Source of the DNA: Ginglymostoma cirratum
Taxonomy: Eukaryota
Direction: 5' to 3'
NCBI GenBank assembly: GCA_024137785.1
Contig: JAHRHZ010000018.1
Location: 51,620,229-51,684,228 of the forward strand
Length of the DNA stretch: 64,000 nucleotides
Part shown: one piece after another, positions 63,101 through 64,000 of the stretch
How positions within the stretch are numbered: position 1 is the first letter of the stretch
Layout: every line of letters starts with the position of its first letter
The notes under the pieces: model-generated
The model's database searches: none
The model's input: only the letters and a program-made list of their open reading frames with translations
Told to the model about the DNA's origin: nothing
Made by a program: the position numbers and the translations under genes

Positions 63101-64000
63101 AGATGCCAACCACTCCTCATGCCTTTAGCACCAGTAGGAGCACTGGCCAGCAGAAGACAATACATTCATCAGAGTCATCGTCTGACCCCAGACCATGTGT
63201 GAAGGTAGAATGAGAATCACAGGATGGGGTGGAGGTCAGAGGCAGGGTCAAGGGGATGGCTTTCAGTGGTCAACTCCTGCTCAATGCCTTGATCAGACAC
63301 AGAGTTCCTCACAGTGAGGAACACCCCAGCGTCCTTGGGAAGTCGCTGATAAACTAGATGAACAGTGCCAATTCAAACCGTTCTGGCTTTCCAAAGGGAC
63401 AGGAAGACTTTGTTGCCCCCTGTAATCCCCGAGTTTCCATTAAATTGTGGTAAGCTCAGGAAGAATGGGTGTCAATTAACCCATTGATAAATTTACTTGG
63501 CACCCTGCCATTGAAGGTCATGAACCCACCGCAGCACTTTTAGCCCTCTGTTCAGAAAAGGTTATCTATTACCAGGAGCAGAATGCTAGGTCTCTCCCAT
63601 GATTAGATGAGTCTGACTGCTCTGGGTCCTATCACATCAGACTGGATTAAATCCTCATCCCATTTTGATACTTGCAACTATCATTGAGTAAATCAAATTC
63701 CAGCTCAAACAATTGAATTCACAATGGGAAAGGTTTACAGAGAATTGGAGAGACTTTTAAAAGAAGTGAACAAATTGAAAGAATTCCAAACACTACATTT
63801 TAGAAACAATCAAATGCTTTACTGTTTTAAACTTCAAAGGATAGTCAGACTTTGTTATAGTCTTTAATGTTTCTGATCTGATTTGATGACAGTTTTATGC
63901 ATTCTCAGATGTCATCCTCAAACTCATTTTCTGCCTGCCCCCAACGAAATCTCATATTGGTTTCAAAATGAACAGTAAAATCGAAGCTGTTAAAGAACCA

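Noticed and set aside
1-64000. CRISPR arrays, prokaryotic operons, Ig/TCR recombination signal sequences
   Set aside because: No regularly spaced repeat-spacer array, no gene-dense coding, and I saw no heptamer-12/23-nonamer pairs next to V/J-like segments.

Overview
Eukaryotic, AT-rich, CpG-depleted vertebrate DNA. The repeats (HE1/V-type SINEs, HER1/CR1 3' ends, a Deu-core SINE, Neptune-type Penelope ends) point to a cartilaginous fish, probably a shark. I cannot confidently identify any host protein-coding gene, so the window reads as intronic/intergenic, and most ORF-track entries are spurious or transposon-derived. It is dominated by decayed mobile elements: CR1, L2 and Rex1 LINE fragments, two Gypsy pol remnants, three Harbinger Myb/SANT remnants, a possible AcademX remnant and several SINE families. 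The main signals are: (1) about nine minimal hammerhead-ribozyme motifs of two subtypes at Penelope-like element ends; (2) two ~200-bp fold-back Penelope mini-elements, each flanked by a 13/15-identical 15-bp target-site duplication, one with back-to-back hammerheads; (3) in-window evidence that a tRNA-headed SINE is an internal-deletion derivative of a tRNA-headed APE-type LINE. Boundaries of old repeats were read by eye and are approximate (tens of bp or more). Family names come from recalled motifs, not from a database search.
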